Virus record (IMG/VR): IMGVR_UViG_3300012683_000008
Span: 1 to 64,000 of that record
DNA length: 64,000 bases
Direction: 5' to 3' (one strand)
Source of the DNA: a virus
The notes below the pieces were generated by a model. It was not told where the DNA came from and did no database searches. It saw only the letters and a program-made list of their open reading frames with translations. Made by a program: the position numbers and the translations under genes. Within the stretch, counting starts at the first letter, position 1. Every line of letters begins with the position of its first letter. Below are positions 27,638 to 37,101 of this stretch, piece after piece.

Positions 27638-29299
27638 CTAGGCCTGGGGGTACTGCGGAATCACTCCGACATCGATCGGAGTGTCGAGAAGCAGGTCCCG
27701 GTTCTGAAGATGAACGCCCGAGAAGTACGAAAGCGAGTCGAGAGAGATCATCGGGGCGCTGGCGGTCTTCGTGAACATGTCTACCAGTTGGCTCCCAACT
27801 ACTGCGTCTCTCAACTTCGGGTCGTTCTGAATCACTTCTTCGGCCTGCGACAGCTTCTGCATGAGCGAACGACGGTAGCCGTTGTAGGCAGCGCCGATCT
27901 TACTCAACAAAGGATGGTCTACCTGAGTCTCAGTGGGAAGAGGCTTTTTGCTTGTCACCGTGATGCGAATCACTCTTCCCTGTAGAGGACTTCCAAGACC
28001 GCTTCTTTGACCGATCAGACCTTCCAAGAGCTTCTTCAGTTCTTCATTGAAACGGCTCTTGTCGACGGCCACTGATTCGTCGAAGTCTCCCGTCTGCTTG
28101 AAGACCTCATTCTTGTCGTCGAGCTTGTCTGCGAGCCCACCCTCGCCCATGCGCATCAGCACCAGCCTCTGGAACTCACGAGGCTTGAGGACGATGCCCA
28201 TCATCCCAGCCGTCGAGCAGCAGGAGCCGAGGTCGTGCTCAGCCATCTCATCCAGGGCGCTCCTTGAGATGGTGATCTCGTCCTTCTCCAACTTCGGAAG
28301 AGACGACATCGAAAAGGCACCAGCCGGGACGGTCTTGACGATCTCACTGAGCTTGAGCTGAGCGGCCGTCTTCGTCGGCTTCTTGCCAGTCATGGCGAAA
28401 CCGAGCTTGTCGATCTCCGAACACTCGTCTGGGCATCCGCACTCGCAGTGCGCTGAAGCGGTCTTCTCGACCCCGTAGGTGCTGGGCACCTGGATCATGA
28501 AAGCGACCTCAGACGAGAGACGAGGCATCGAGCATACGTCGCCGAGACACACATACTGGCCTCTCGACGCCAGCTTCGCCATCACCTTGGCCGTCTTGTC
28601 CGCACCGATGAAGACGAACGAGATGTCGAAGAAGCGAGGGTGGGTGTTCTCGACGCAGCACCTCAGCCCGTTCGGGAGAATCTTGTTCGGGCCGTACAGA
28701 TGCCGCAGGTGCTCTGGCGGCAGCATGTGCTCGCAGTAGTCGTCCTTGGTCTTGGACGAGTGGCGGCACACCATGCAGATGTCGTAGGGGACCTTGCAGC
28801 CCATCGAGACGTCGGGGAACTCCCCGGCGTCGATGCGAGCGATGATGCCGTCTGCACCTTCGAGCTTCGCCTTCTCCCTGTTGAGCTGAACGATGAGCTC
28901 GACCCGCTTCATGTACGGGTTGAGCAGAGAGAGGACCGGCTTGCCGAAAGCCCGGCTCGGGTCCTTGTTCACGTGGTGCTGAAAGGCGTGGGCCTTGAGG
29001 AACGTCAGGTAGCCGTAGTCGTCACCCTGGTGAGCGAGAGCGTTCCAGGGAAAGTAGTCGGCGTTGATGTTGGAGCCGAAGTACTCACCAGCTCCGAGCG
29101 CATTGACGAGAACGTAGGCGTTCTCTTGGCGGTTCTTCTTGGAGATCTGCGAGAGGAAGTGGCGAAGTCTGTCGCCGTTGGCCCAGTCGGCAAAGGCTGG
29201 CGCACCGGCTGTCTTCTCGAAAGCCCCGGCTGAGCCGAAAAGGGACTGACAGAAGATGCCGGAAGCGGTCTTGCCGAAGAATTGGACCTGCTTGTCCAT
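27638..29299 (-). CDS. Prohead maturation protease (HK97/herpes-assemblin-like) with Zn finger
   Basis: N.N.D.F, QHH (His), DVSMGC (catalytic Ser), FFDISFV..GAD; located upstream of scaffold and capsid genes. Confidence 0.75.
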   Translation of the reverse strand: MDKQVQFFGKTASGIFCQSLFGSAGAFEKTAGAPAFADWANGDRLRHFLSQISKKNRQENAYVLVNALGAGEYFGSNINADYFPWNALAHQGDDYGYLTFLKAHAFQHHVNKDPSRAFGKPVLSLLNPYMKRVELIVQLNREKAKLEGADGIIARIDAGEFPDVSMGCKVPYDICMVCRHSSKTKDDYCEHMLPPEHLRHLYGPNKILPNGLRCCVENTHPRFFDISFVFIGADKTAKVMAKLASRGQYVCLGDVCSMPRLSSEVAFMIQVPSTYGVEKTASAHCECGCPDECSEIDKLGFAMTGKKPTKTAAQLKLSEIVKTVPAGAFSMSSLPKLEKDEITISRSALDEMAEHDLGSCCSTAGMMGIVLKPREFQRLVLMRMGEGGLADKLDDKNEVFKQTGDFDESVAVDKSRFNEELKKLLEGLIGQRSGLGSPLQGRVIRITVTSKKPLPTETQVDHPLLSKIGAAYNGYRRSLMQKLSQAEEVIQNDPKLRDAVVGSQLVDMFTKTASAPMISLDSLSYFSGVHLQNRDLLLDTPIDVGVIPQYPQA

Positions 29300-29305
29300 C
29301 AGTCG

Positions 29306-30031
29306 TCAGTCGTTCGTGGGCGTGGAGCCAGGGGTGTTGTCCGGTCTTGGCCCCTTCTTGAAGCCGAAGACCTTGCGGCCTTTTCCTTCTTCCTGATGCA
29401 GGTGGTAGTGGAGTGGGCCTTCCTTCTTCTCCTGCTTCTTGCCCATCTCCCTGAGGTCGAGACGGAACTGGTTGTTCCGGATGTCGACCAGGTTCTTGCG
29501 AGAACCGATGAGGTCCCGGATCAGCACGTGCTCGTTGCCCGGTGCCTGATTCGCCAGAGACTTGAGAAGCGAGCCTCCGACCAGCGGATCCTTCATGAGG
29601 TCCGGGGCGTAGTGGTGAAGGGCGTTGAACGCCGGCTTCAGGCGTTCCGGATCGTTCACTTCCTCACGTAGCTTCGGGTTGCTCGCCATGATGCGGCGAA
29701 GGTCCCGAGCCTTGGTGAGGCCTCTCTTGGCCGTGTCGAAGAGGTCCGCAGCGATGGCAGACCCCAGAGAAGCTGCGACTCCCACGCCGATGGAGGCTGC
29801 GACTCCGATGGCAGCTTGGCCCACGGGAGAAGAGAACACCCGACTTGAAGCAGCGCTCGGGGCCGCTGCCAGCTTCTCGGTGGTGACACTGGCGATCGTC
29901 TCGAACTCCTGGAGGACGTCGGGCAGGAACTCGGGTGCCAGCTTCTCGATGAGAGACAGGGCCTGCGCCGTCTTCTGCATCAGCTCTGGCTCCGCCTGGT
30001 TGGCTGCTTCGAGGTATCTCTTGTCCATCAT
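29306..30031 (-). CDS. Head-associated protein with a hydrophobic G/A helix
   Basis: QKTA and EKLA sites; AAIGVAASIGVGVAASLG. Confidence 0.65.
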   Translation of the reverse strand: MMDKRYLEAANQAEPELMQKTAQALSLIEKLAPEFLPDVLQEFETIASVTTEKLAAAPSAASSRVFSSPVGQAAIGVAASIGVGVAASLGSAIAADLFDTAKRGLTKARDLRRIMASNPKLREEVNDPERLKPAFNALHHYAPDLMKDPLVGGSLLKSLANQAPGNEHVLIRDLIGSRKNLVDIRNNQFRLDLREMGKKQEKKEGPLHYHLHQEEGKGRKVFGFKKGPRPDNTPGSTPTND

Positions 30032-30273
30032 CCAACTCCTGGCGGTAGGGGCTGCCCCTGGGCTTCTTGGAACTTCTTCTTGTTCTTGTCGTACTCGCCC
30101 TTGGCACCTGGGATCACCGTCGCAGCGGTGAGAGTAGCGACTGGATGCTTTGCTGCGGTGATGGCAGCTTTCCCGGCAAGCGTGCCGAGGACCCCGAGGA
30201 TGGCCATCTTCTCCATTGGCGCTCTCCGAAGAGCGATGGAGATCGAGGCCAGCTTAGCGAGCCGAGCGAGCAA
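30028..30273 (-). CDS. Small hydrophobic protein
   Basis: MEKMA followed by ILGVLGTLAG. Confidence 0.6.
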   Translation of the reverse strand: MLARLAKLASISIALRRAPMEKMAILGVLGTLAGKAAITAAKHPVATLTAATVIPGAKGEYDKNKKKFQEAQGQPLPPGVG

Positions 30274-31201
30274 GGAATTGCTCCTTGATGAAGCCGTCCA
30301 CCCGACCGAGTTGAGCGTTGACGTCTTCGAGAGACATCGCCACCTTGTCGATCTCCGCCTCCAGAGCGAGCATGGAGCGGAAGGTCGAAACGAACGGGTG
30401 CTTCTCGTTCACGACCCTGTGCGCCAGCTTCTCCAACTGCTCGGTCATGATCTTGAGCTGGAGAGGTGAGGCGACCTTCTCGGTGAGGAGACGCTCGACG
30501 ATGGGTCGGAACGCCTCGGCGATCTTCTGCTTGTCGGACCCGGAGCTCTGGGCTGCGACAAGGACGTCGCTGAAGCTGTTGCCCTCCAGGAGGTGGTTCT
30601 TCACCATGGCGTAGTACTCCGCCTGGGCTTCCTTGAGGGCCATCTCGTGCCGCTCACCGTCGTACGACAGCGTGTCCTTGAAAGCCTTGAGCTCGGCCTT
30701 CGTGTCCATCACCTGCTTCACGGCCTGGTCACGAGTGACCTCCTGAGAGGAGGCCTTCTTGATGCCGAACATCGTCTCGATGACCGAGTCCTTCATCGAG
30801 GAGACGTGAGCTGACGCCGTCTTCGACTTCTGCGGCATCTTCGAGTACTCGATGTCGACGGGAGTCGTGACCGTGGGCCGGGCACCGTCCGACATCTCCT
30901 GGATGATGCGGCCAGCGTCTGCGAGCTGGAACTGGGGGTAGCTGCTTTCTGCCCCTGCCGTCTTGCTCTGGTCGTGCTTCGCCAGGTAGACAGCGGTGTT
31001 CGCGAACTCCACGATGCGCTTGATCTGGTCGCCGTTGATGTCCTTGTGCTCGCCGGCGAGCTTGCAGATCGACTCGTTGAGAGCCAGACCTTCGTTCAGG
31101 AACCGGTTGGCTGCCTGCTTGCCCATCAGCTCCAGAGCCTCGGCCGAGACAGAGGCATGCCGAGAGCCGGTCATCAGGTAGTTCGTGAGCTCGTCTGACA
31201 T
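30254..31201 (-). CDS. Helical head-associated protein
   Basis: GGAG RBS before ATG 31201; many K-x-A sites. Confidence 0.7.
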   Translation of the reverse strand: MSDELTNYLMTGSRHASVSAEALELMGKQAANRFLNEGLALNESICKLAGEHKDINGDQIKRIVEFANTAVYLAKHDQSKTAGAESSYPQFQLADAGRIIQEMSDGARPTVTTPVDIEYSKMPQKSKTASAHVSSMKDSVIETMFGIKKASSQEVTRDQAVKQVMDTKAELKAFKDTLSYDGERHEMALKEAQAEYYAMVKNHLLEGNSFSDVLVAAQSSGSDKQKIAEAFRPIVERLLTEKVASPLQLKIMTEQLEKLAHRVVNEKHPFVSTFRSMLALEAEIDKVAMSLEDVNAQLGRVDGFIKEQFLARSAR

Positions 31202-31264
31202 GTGATTTAGACTCCGAATCTGAAGAGAGTCAGTCTGTTGGAGGGTAGTTGTTGGGAGGACAAG

Positions 31265-31948
31265 ATGGGAAGAACTTTCGTGACCTTCGAAGACGCCGCA
31301 AAGCTGCTGAAGTGTAGCAAACGCACAGTCCACAACTACGTCAAGAAGGGGCGGCTCCGAAAGGACGTCGAGGATGGAGAAGTAGTACTTCGGCGGGAAG
31401 ATGTCGAGCAGCTCGCTGAAGGACTGGGCTCAGACCTGCCCGCTCTGAACAACCGCACGCTGTTGGAGCTGCTGGGCAGGATCAAGACTCTGGAGATGAA
31501 GGTCTCCGTATTCCAGAAGATACACGGCATCGAGGAGCACCCACCCCTCCGTCCAGGCACGGACGAGGCCCTGAAGCTGGTGAGCAACGCAGAGTGGTAC
31601 CTCCAGAAGAAGGACATCACCTCACCGGAGATCGGTCTCTGGGTCTCGCTCTTCCAGCGCATGGATGAGCTCACCTTCCAGATGATTCACCGGGCAGGGG
31701 CCAAACCAGAGTTCTGGAAGACCCTCTTCGACCTCTGTCTCTACCTCATGGACTTCGTCTCGAACCCCAGGCGGTGCAAAGAGACCCGTACGTGGCTTGC
31801 CCACCACCTGGAGCTCAACGAGTGCAGGAAGTCCCTTCGATCGATCATCCTCCTGTGGGTGGAGCTGACCAGGGAGAGCCATACCAAGGGCCTGCACAAG
31901 TACCTGGGTGGGGGCAAAGAGGACCTTGCCCGTCGGCTGGGCAATTAG
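31265..31948 (+). CDS. HTH_17 (excisionase/MerR-like) DNA-binding protein
   Basis: TFEDAAKLLKCSKRTVHNYVKKGRL; GGGAGGA RBS. Confidence 0.8.
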   Translation: MGRTFVTFEDAAKLLKCSKRTVHNYVKKGRLRKDVEDGEVVLRREDVEQLAEGLGSDLPALNNRTLLELLGRIKTLEMKVSVFQKIHGIEEHPPLRPGTDEALKLVSNAEWYLQKKDITSPEIGLWVSLFQRMDELTFQMIHRAGAKPEFWKTLFDLCLYLMDFVSNPRRCKETRTWLAHHLELNECRKSLRSIILLWVELTRESHTKGLHKYLGGGKEDLARRLGN

Positions 31949-31960
31949 ACCCCCTCCTCC

Positions 31961-31968
31961 GGGATAAG
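31961..31968 (+). promoter_or_regulatory. Putative phage promoter motif GGGATAAG
   Basis: Recurrent motif, intergenic, upstream of ATG 32025. Confidence 0.6.
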
Positions 31969-32024
31969 GACTTGGGCCGGATAAACCTGCCCATGTTCAA
32001 TCCCCATTGGGAGGAGAGTCGAAG

Positions 32025-32543
32025 ATGGAAATCGAGAAGACGGAGACGGTGCATCAGTTGCCTCGGCCGGGTGTCAGTCTGAAGCCGGCAACTGGGGAGG
32101 CACACGTGCCGACCCCCGAAGGTGATGTTCGGGTCGAGGTGAAGGCGGGCGGTTCGACGCACTTCCTGTTCAACGACACGCCGGCCTCCAGGGACTTCCT
32201 GAAGAAGCTCGTCGAGAAGAACGATCTGAAGGCCGAGGCGTCTGCGGCTCAGGGCGAGAGCTACAACCTCACGCTCTGGGGTCGGATCAAGGGCGTGAGC
32301 ACTTCGAACGTGACGCCGGCCAGGCTGGTCATCGGTGGCGTCGTCATGTTCGTGGCGTACCAGGGTGCCAAGTGGCTCGGCAAGCGCATCGCCGAGTACT
32401 TCGGCTGGAACCTCTTCGGCAACATCGTCAGCGAGGAAGAGATGTACGCTGGGGGCAACAAGGACTTCGACGAGCGGAAGGCTCCTCGTCGGCAGGCTCC
32501 TCGTCGGCCCAACGAGCCGACGATGCCGTCTGCTGCGGCCTAG
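32025..32543 (+). CDS. Hypothetical single-pass membrane protein
   Basis: GAGGAG RBS; LVIGGVVMFVAY hydrophobic helix. Confidence 0.7.
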   Translation: MEIEKTETVHQLPRPGVSLKPATGEAHVPTPEGDVRVEVKAGGSTHFLFNDTPASRDFLKKLVEKNDLKAEASAAQGESYNLTLWGRIKGVSTSNVTPARLVIGGVVMFVAYQGAKWLGKRIAEYFGWNLFGNIVSEEEMYAGGNKDFDERKAPRRQAPRRPNEPTMPSAAA

Positions 32544-32556
32544 TGCGGCCAGAGAG

Positions 32557-32596
32557 TACCGGGAGGATGAGCTCGCTCCCGGTATTTCTCTTAGTC
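32557..32596 (+). terminator. Hairpin terminator followed by CTTAG
   Basis: TACCGGGAG / CTCCCGGTA then TTTCTCTTAG. Confidence 0.7.
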
Positions 32597-34411
32597 CTCA
32601 GACTGGACGCCCGTCTTGGCAGTGGGGTTCAGGATGTCGAAGCGGGGGATCTTCAGCATCGATGCCAGCGTGCAGAGAAGGATGGAGTGGAACGAGTCGT
32701 CCGTCGCATCGGGGGTCTTCTTGTACTGAATCTGCCGCTGCTGCTCGTTGTACTCCGAGAAGATGTTCAGCATGTCCTTCGAGAACGGCTCTTCGAAGTG
32801 GACCCAGTTCGGGAACCGGAAGACGTTGCGACGCTTGATGGCGTTGAAGACGTCGGACATCACTTCGGTGCGGTGAACCAAGAACCGAGAGAGCTCGGGG
32901 TGCCACTGCACCTTCTGCCCAGGCTGAGAGTACTGGTACTTCCGAATGCGTTCGGGACCGAACTTGCGAGTCAGGTGATCGTTGCGGTCGAAGCCACCGC
33001 CGTAGTCGACGCCGACCACCATGCAGTTCCAGGCCTTGATGATCTGGTCGATCTTGTCGAGCTGCACCTGCGGCTCGGTGTCCTGGTGCTCGAACCGGTG
33101 GATGTAGAAGATGCAGAAGAACCCATTCAGCATGTATGCGCCGAGTGAGAGAACCGTGTACGAACCTTCGCCAGTACCCCAGTCGATGCCAGCGAAGACC
33201 GGGCTGCTTCCGCCAAGGTTGTGGCGGATCATGTCCAAGGTCGCCTGGTCCATCAGCAACTCGTTGGCACAGTTGTCCATGATGTCCTGGCGAGTGAGCG
33301 GACGAGTGCCAGAGTCGTACGAAAGACCGAGAACTTCGTTGTGGAACTGAGAGGGCGGGTAGGTCGTGTACTTGACCAGAATCTCGTTCCACTCCAGCCA
33401 CGGCACCATCACCTGGGGAACTCGGAAGCCTTCGTAGGCCTTGTCTCCGAGACCACCTTCCTGAGGCGGCCGACGAACGGTGGGGTTCATCGACGCCCAG
33501 CAGGACTCTGCACTCATGGCGTGGATACGCTGCTTGCACTTGTCGCAGACGAGACCGTCTGAACCGATGTTGTTCTCGCCGAGGACGTTCCAGTGCCACG
33601 AGGACGGATCCTTCGGAGTCCCATGGCGCTGACAAGGAACGACCCACTCGTTCTGTGTCGAGAACGCCGACCAATAATGCTCGATGGCGTTGTCGTAGGA
33701 CTTCGGCGTCCCCGAGTACATGAAGAGCTTGAATGGAGAGTGAGAGGCGCACTCTTCGATGACGGGGATGTTGTCCGTGATGACGTCTTGGAGCTCGTCG
33801 ATCAGGATGAGGTCGGCGGGGATACCACGGGTTCGGTCGGCGTTGTGGTAGGCGTAGCGGAGGGTGATCTGGCTCCGGTTGATGAACTTCTTGAGGAAGA
33901 CGTTGTCCGAGAGCTTCGTCGTCGTCCAAGCTCGCAGCGAGTCCGAGGTCTCGATGGGCTCCTTCAGACGGTCCTGCGAGAACACCTTCGTCTGCTGGTT
34001 GGTCGGCGAGACGTAGAGGATGTTGAAGGCGTTGTTGATGCAGGCGTACGCCAGGCTCTTGTTGCCGAGGAAGGTCGACTTCTCGACCTGCCGGCCGCAC
34101 TTGAAGAGAGTCCGCTTCGCCGAGGTGTCATACGGGAGCTTCAGGTACTCACGGCCTTCGAAGGAGAAGGGCACGTGCTTCTGGGCCTTCTTGTCTGGCA
34201 CCTTGATGGCGAACTGCACGAACTCGGAAGGCATGACGCCCATGAGGCGTGCGTTGCGTCGTAGGATGTCCTCATCCAAGAGGGCTTCATCGAGGTCCGG
34301 CTCGAAGTCCCATTCCTCTTTGAGCTCAAGCCTGCCGCTCTCGGACAAGACGACGTTGGAGCCGAACTTCCGTCGATACTCGTCGCTGGATAGAACGTTG
34401 TCTTCGTACAT
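32591..34411 (-). CDS. Terminase large subunit (GpA-like)
   Basis: CGRQVEKST Walker A, ILIDE Walker B, SGTP, nuclease GIDWG and DDSFHS. Confidence 0.9.
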   Translation of the reverse strand: MYEDNVLSSDEYRRKFGSNVVLSESGRLELKEEWDFEPDLDEALLDEDILRRNARLMGVMPSEFVQFAIKVPDKKAQKHVPFSFEGREYLKLPYDTSAKRTLFKCGRQVEKSTFLGNKSLAYACINNAFNILYVSPTNQQTKVFSQDRLKEPIETSDSLRAWTTTKLSDNVFLKKFINRSQITLRYAYHNADRTRGIPADLILIDELQDVITDNIPVIEECASHSPFKLFMYSGTPKSYDNAIEHYWSAFSTQNEWVVPCQRHGTPKDPSSWHWNVLGENNIGSDGLVCDKCKQRIHAMSAESCWASMNPTVRRPPQEGGLGDKAYEGFRVPQVMVPWLEWNEILVKYTTYPPSQFHNEVLGLSYDSGTRPLTRQDIMDNCANELLMDQATLDMIRHNLGGSSPVFAGIDWGTGEGSYTVLSLGAYMLNGFFCIFYIHRFEHQDTEPQVQLDKIDQIIKAWNCMVVGVDYGGGFDRNDHLTRKFGPERIRKYQYSQPGQKVQWHPELSRFLVHRTEVMSDVFNAIKRRNVFRFPNWVHFEEPFSKDMLNIFSEYNEQQRQIQYKKTPDATDDSFHSILLCTLASMLKIPRFDILNPTAKTGVQSED

Positions 34412-34450
34412 GAATCCCCATACCGTACTGAAGCGAGAAGGGATTGCAAG

Positions 34451-34756
34451 ATGCTACCGCCACCGTTGGCCTGGGTAGATGGCTTCATCCACTCCATTCA
34501 AGGAGCTCTTGGCCAGCAGGTCCGGCACGAGGTCAAAAGCACCGTCAACCCACTCGTCTACAGGATTCGAGTCGACTTCCCGGAGAAGATCTCGGGCAAG
34601 AACTTGATGCTGGTGTGGAACCTCTTTCAGATGTACGCCGCAAAGAATGACGGCGTTCCGCAAGGAAAAGCAGCCGACACAGAACGCTGCCTCGTAGCCG
34701 ACGTCATCATCAAAAGACGGCTCGGCCTGCCCCGGAAGAAGCACCCACTGGAGTGA
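34451..34756 (+). CDS. Hypothetical protein
   Basis: 101-aa ORF coupled to rnhB by GTGA overlap. Confidence 0.6.
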   Translation: MLPPPLAWVDGFIHSIQGALGQQVRHEVKSTVNPLVYRIRVDFPEKISGKNLMLVWNLFQMYAAKNDGVPQGKAADTERCLVADVIIKRRLGLPRKKHPLE

Positions 34757-35400
34757 ACATGTCACCAGTCAGAGCTGGCCTCGATGAGGTCGGCATCGGT
34801 GCTCTCTCGGGCCCGTACATCGCCGCCGTTGCCGTCTTCCGAGAACGAGATCTTCTTCTCCTGCCACATGGAGTGAAGGACTCGAAGAAGACGACTGAAG
34901 AACAGAGAGGCAACCTCTACCTCCCCATCTGTGCAGCAGCCTGGGACGTTGGGCTTGGCTGGGCCTGGCCATGGGAGATCGATCGATACGGCCCCTCTGA
35001 AGCCCTTCAGATGACGTACCGCAGAGCACTTGGAGAACTGAGGGTCCAGTACGACGTCCTGGTGGTCGACGGCAACATCGGGGTCCAGAGTTTCAAGGAC
35101 CTATACCGCCCTGGGCGCATCATCGTTGAGCCGAAAGCCGACGTGAACCACCGAGAAGTCTCGGCCGCATCGATCATCGCCAAGTGGGCCCGAGACGAGA
35201 TGATGATTTCGTACTCGAAGAGGTTCCCTCAGTACGCCTGGAACGAGAACAAGGGCTACGGCACGAAGTCTCATGAAGACGGTATAAGGAAGTACGGACT
35301 ACTCGTAGACCCTCAAGACACGAGTAGGTACCTTCACCGGAGACACTACTGCAAGAAGTTCATGTATGAGACAAACAACGGTACCACCAGGGTTCGATAG
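34753..35400 (+). CDS. rnhB: Ribonuclease HII
   Basis: GLDEVG..LSGP, DSKK, VDG, KAD, AASIIAK, NKGYGT..H. Confidence 0.93.
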   Translation: MNMSPVRAGLDEVGIGALSGPYIAAVAVFRERDLLLLPHGVKDSKKTTEEQRGNLYLPICAAAWDVGLGWAWPWEIDRYGPSEALQMTYRRALGELRVQYDVLVVDGNIGVQSFKDLYRPGRIIVEPKADVNHREVSAASIIAKWARDEMMISYSKRFPQYAWNENKGYGTKSHEDGIRKYGLLVDPQDTSRYLHRRHYCKKFMYETNNGTTRVR

Positions 35401-35644
35401 CCAGGTCCCCTGTCTCTGCTGCAACCAGATGGTGCTGATCAGATCCAACGACTGGACCAATTCATCGGCCGGTCTTTGCGTTGGCTGCTACGGCTTCTTG
35501 CCGCTTCAGCTCATCCAGGTGCTGTACATCCTGAGATGCCAGATCGGTGCGATCCACATCCAAGTCGGAGAGGTGCAGGGGAACATGCAGAAGCTCTTCA
35601 ACACTGTCAGGGACCTCGAAGAACTGGTCCTCAACACGCCCTGA
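35366..35644 (+). CDS. Small Zn-finger/coiled-coil protein
   Basis: CLCC and CVGC; preceded by GGTATAAG at 35281. Confidence 0.55.
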   Translation: MRQTTVPPGFDSQVPCLCCNQMVLIRSNDWTNSSAGLCVGCYGFLPLQLIQVLYILRCQIGAIHIQVGEVQGNMQKLFNTVRDLEELVLNTP

Positions 35645-35649
35645 AAGGG

Positions 35650-35682
35650 AAACAGAGAGGACGAACCTCTCTGTTTTTAGCT
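35650..35682 (+). terminator. Hairpin terminator followed by TTTAGCT
   Basis: AAACAGAGAGG-acgaa-CCTCTCTGTTT then TTAGCT. Confidence 0.8.
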
Positions 35683-35683
35683 C

Positions 35684-36160
35684 TCAGTCCTTGCCGCCCA
35701 TCGCCTTGTGCAGCTCCATCGCTGCCTCGATGCAGATGTTCCGGAAGAACTGGTTCGTGCCGAAGCCGTTCACCTTCACGAACCACGCACCGATGTCGGC
35801 ATCGAAGCTGAGATCGCAGCGGCCCTGACCGAAGACCTTCGCCATCACCATGCTGAGGGTCTTCTCGAAGTCCTTCTTGAACGCCGGCAGGCGCTCGTCC
35901 TTCTTGCGGTCCGCATCGTGGTAGCCCCACGGCCAGACGTGGTAGATGACGTCGTCACCCTTCACGCCGAACTCGGCCTCGAAGGTGTGCACTCCCTTGA
36001 TGGGCTGGAAGTCGACCTTCTCGAAGGGACGGGTCCCTCTGTCGGCTTCCTTCTGAACGACCGGCAGACTCTCCTTCCTGACTTCGGTCAGGAGACGAGC
36101 TCTTGCCTCATCGACCTGCAACTTCTCTCGGGTCTGGGTCTGCTGCTCAGTCCATTCCAT
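35684..36160 (-). CDS. Hypothetical protein
   Basis: GAGG RBS, strong codon bias. Confidence 0.75.
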   Translation of the reverse strand: MEWTEQQTQTREKLQVDEARARLLTEVRKESLPVVQKEADRGTRPFEKVDFQPIKGVHTFEAEFGVKGDDVIYHVWPWGYHDADRKKDERLPAFKKDFEKTLSMVMAKVFGQGRCDLSFDADIGAWFVKVNGFGTNQFFRNICIEAAMELHKAMGGKD

Positions 36161-36402
36161 AGTGCCCTCGTGTGCTGAAAGAACTCCGTATCCCTCTACC
36201 TACGGCGCTCTGTACCATAGCACTCGAATGAGTTCTTGCAGCCCCTCTTGTAGACGGGTTTCGAATCGAGTAGTCGGATGTCCGAGATGCAGCCCTTGCC
36301 ACCAACGGAGTCAACGAAGGAAGTGACCTTCCTTCGAGCTCAGCCCTCTCTGGGTCTACGAGAAGCCGAGCTCTGTCTCCTGTACTCGGATCTTCGCCCG
36401 AT

Positions 36403-37101
36403 TCAGAAGCGCTGAGGCTGCTGCGGTTGCTGCTGTTGGTGATGGGGCATCATGTGCCCGGCCACCATGGCGCCACCCACGGCCCCACCGATGGCGAGGT
36501 TGCGACGCAGGTTCGACGCCTGCGCCGTTGGAGAGCCTTGAGGCCTGACGTGAGTCTTGGTCAACCCACCGCCACCCAGAGACTGCGGAAGCACTCCAGC
36601 GTTCGTTGCTCCATGCGCTGCACCGCCACCGATGTTGACGGGAGCCTTGGTGGAAGAGAAGCCACCGGCGACATGCATGCCTGCTGCACGAGGCTTGAGA
36701 GCCGGCATTGCTTGAGTGACACCTGTCTTGAGAGCCGGGGAGACAGCCTTCATCTCCGTCCGAGCAGTGCGAGCCAAGCCACCAAGCGCCCGACCAGCAA
36801 CCGTCAGCTCGTTGGCCTCCTTGGCCATCCCGAGCTTCTCCAACTCGTCGAAGAACGCTGCGATGCTGACGCTGTCCATGCCCTTCTTCTCCCAGCCACG
36901 AAGGCTCTTGTCGAAAGCGTCTGAAGCTACCGCGAGCTGAGCCATCACGGGAATGGAAGCCTTCTTCACGTGATACGGAAGCTTCTTCTTCACCTTCTTA
37001 GGAGTGGCGTGCTCCCACTCGTGAACCATCTTCTCGGACATCTCTCCACGACCTGCCTTCGCGTGGAACAGTCGCCGCTGGGCCTCTGACTTGAACGGCA
37101 T
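36403..37101 (-). CDS. Putative internal virion protein with internal leader and C-terminal G-zipper
   Basis: MPFKSEAQRR N-terminal domain; MDSVSIAAFFDELEKLG; LAIGGAVGGAMVAG. Confidence 0.7.
   Translation of the reverse strand: MPFKSEAQRRLFHAKAGRGEMSEKMVHEWEHATPKKVKKKLPYHVKKASIPVMAQLAVASDAFDKSLRGWEKKGMDSVSIAAFFDELEKLGMAKEANELTVAGRALGGLARTARTEMKAVSPALKTGVTQAMPALKPRAAGMHVAGGFSSTKAPVNIGGGAAHGATNAGVLPQSLGGGGLTKTHVRPQGSPTAQASNLRRNLAIGGAVGGAMVAGHMMPHHQQQQPQQPQRF

Noticed and set aside
32479-32508. 15-bp tandem repeat AGGCTCCTCGTCGGC
   Set aside because: Simple in-frame duplication (APRR) in a disordered tail; not CRISPR-like
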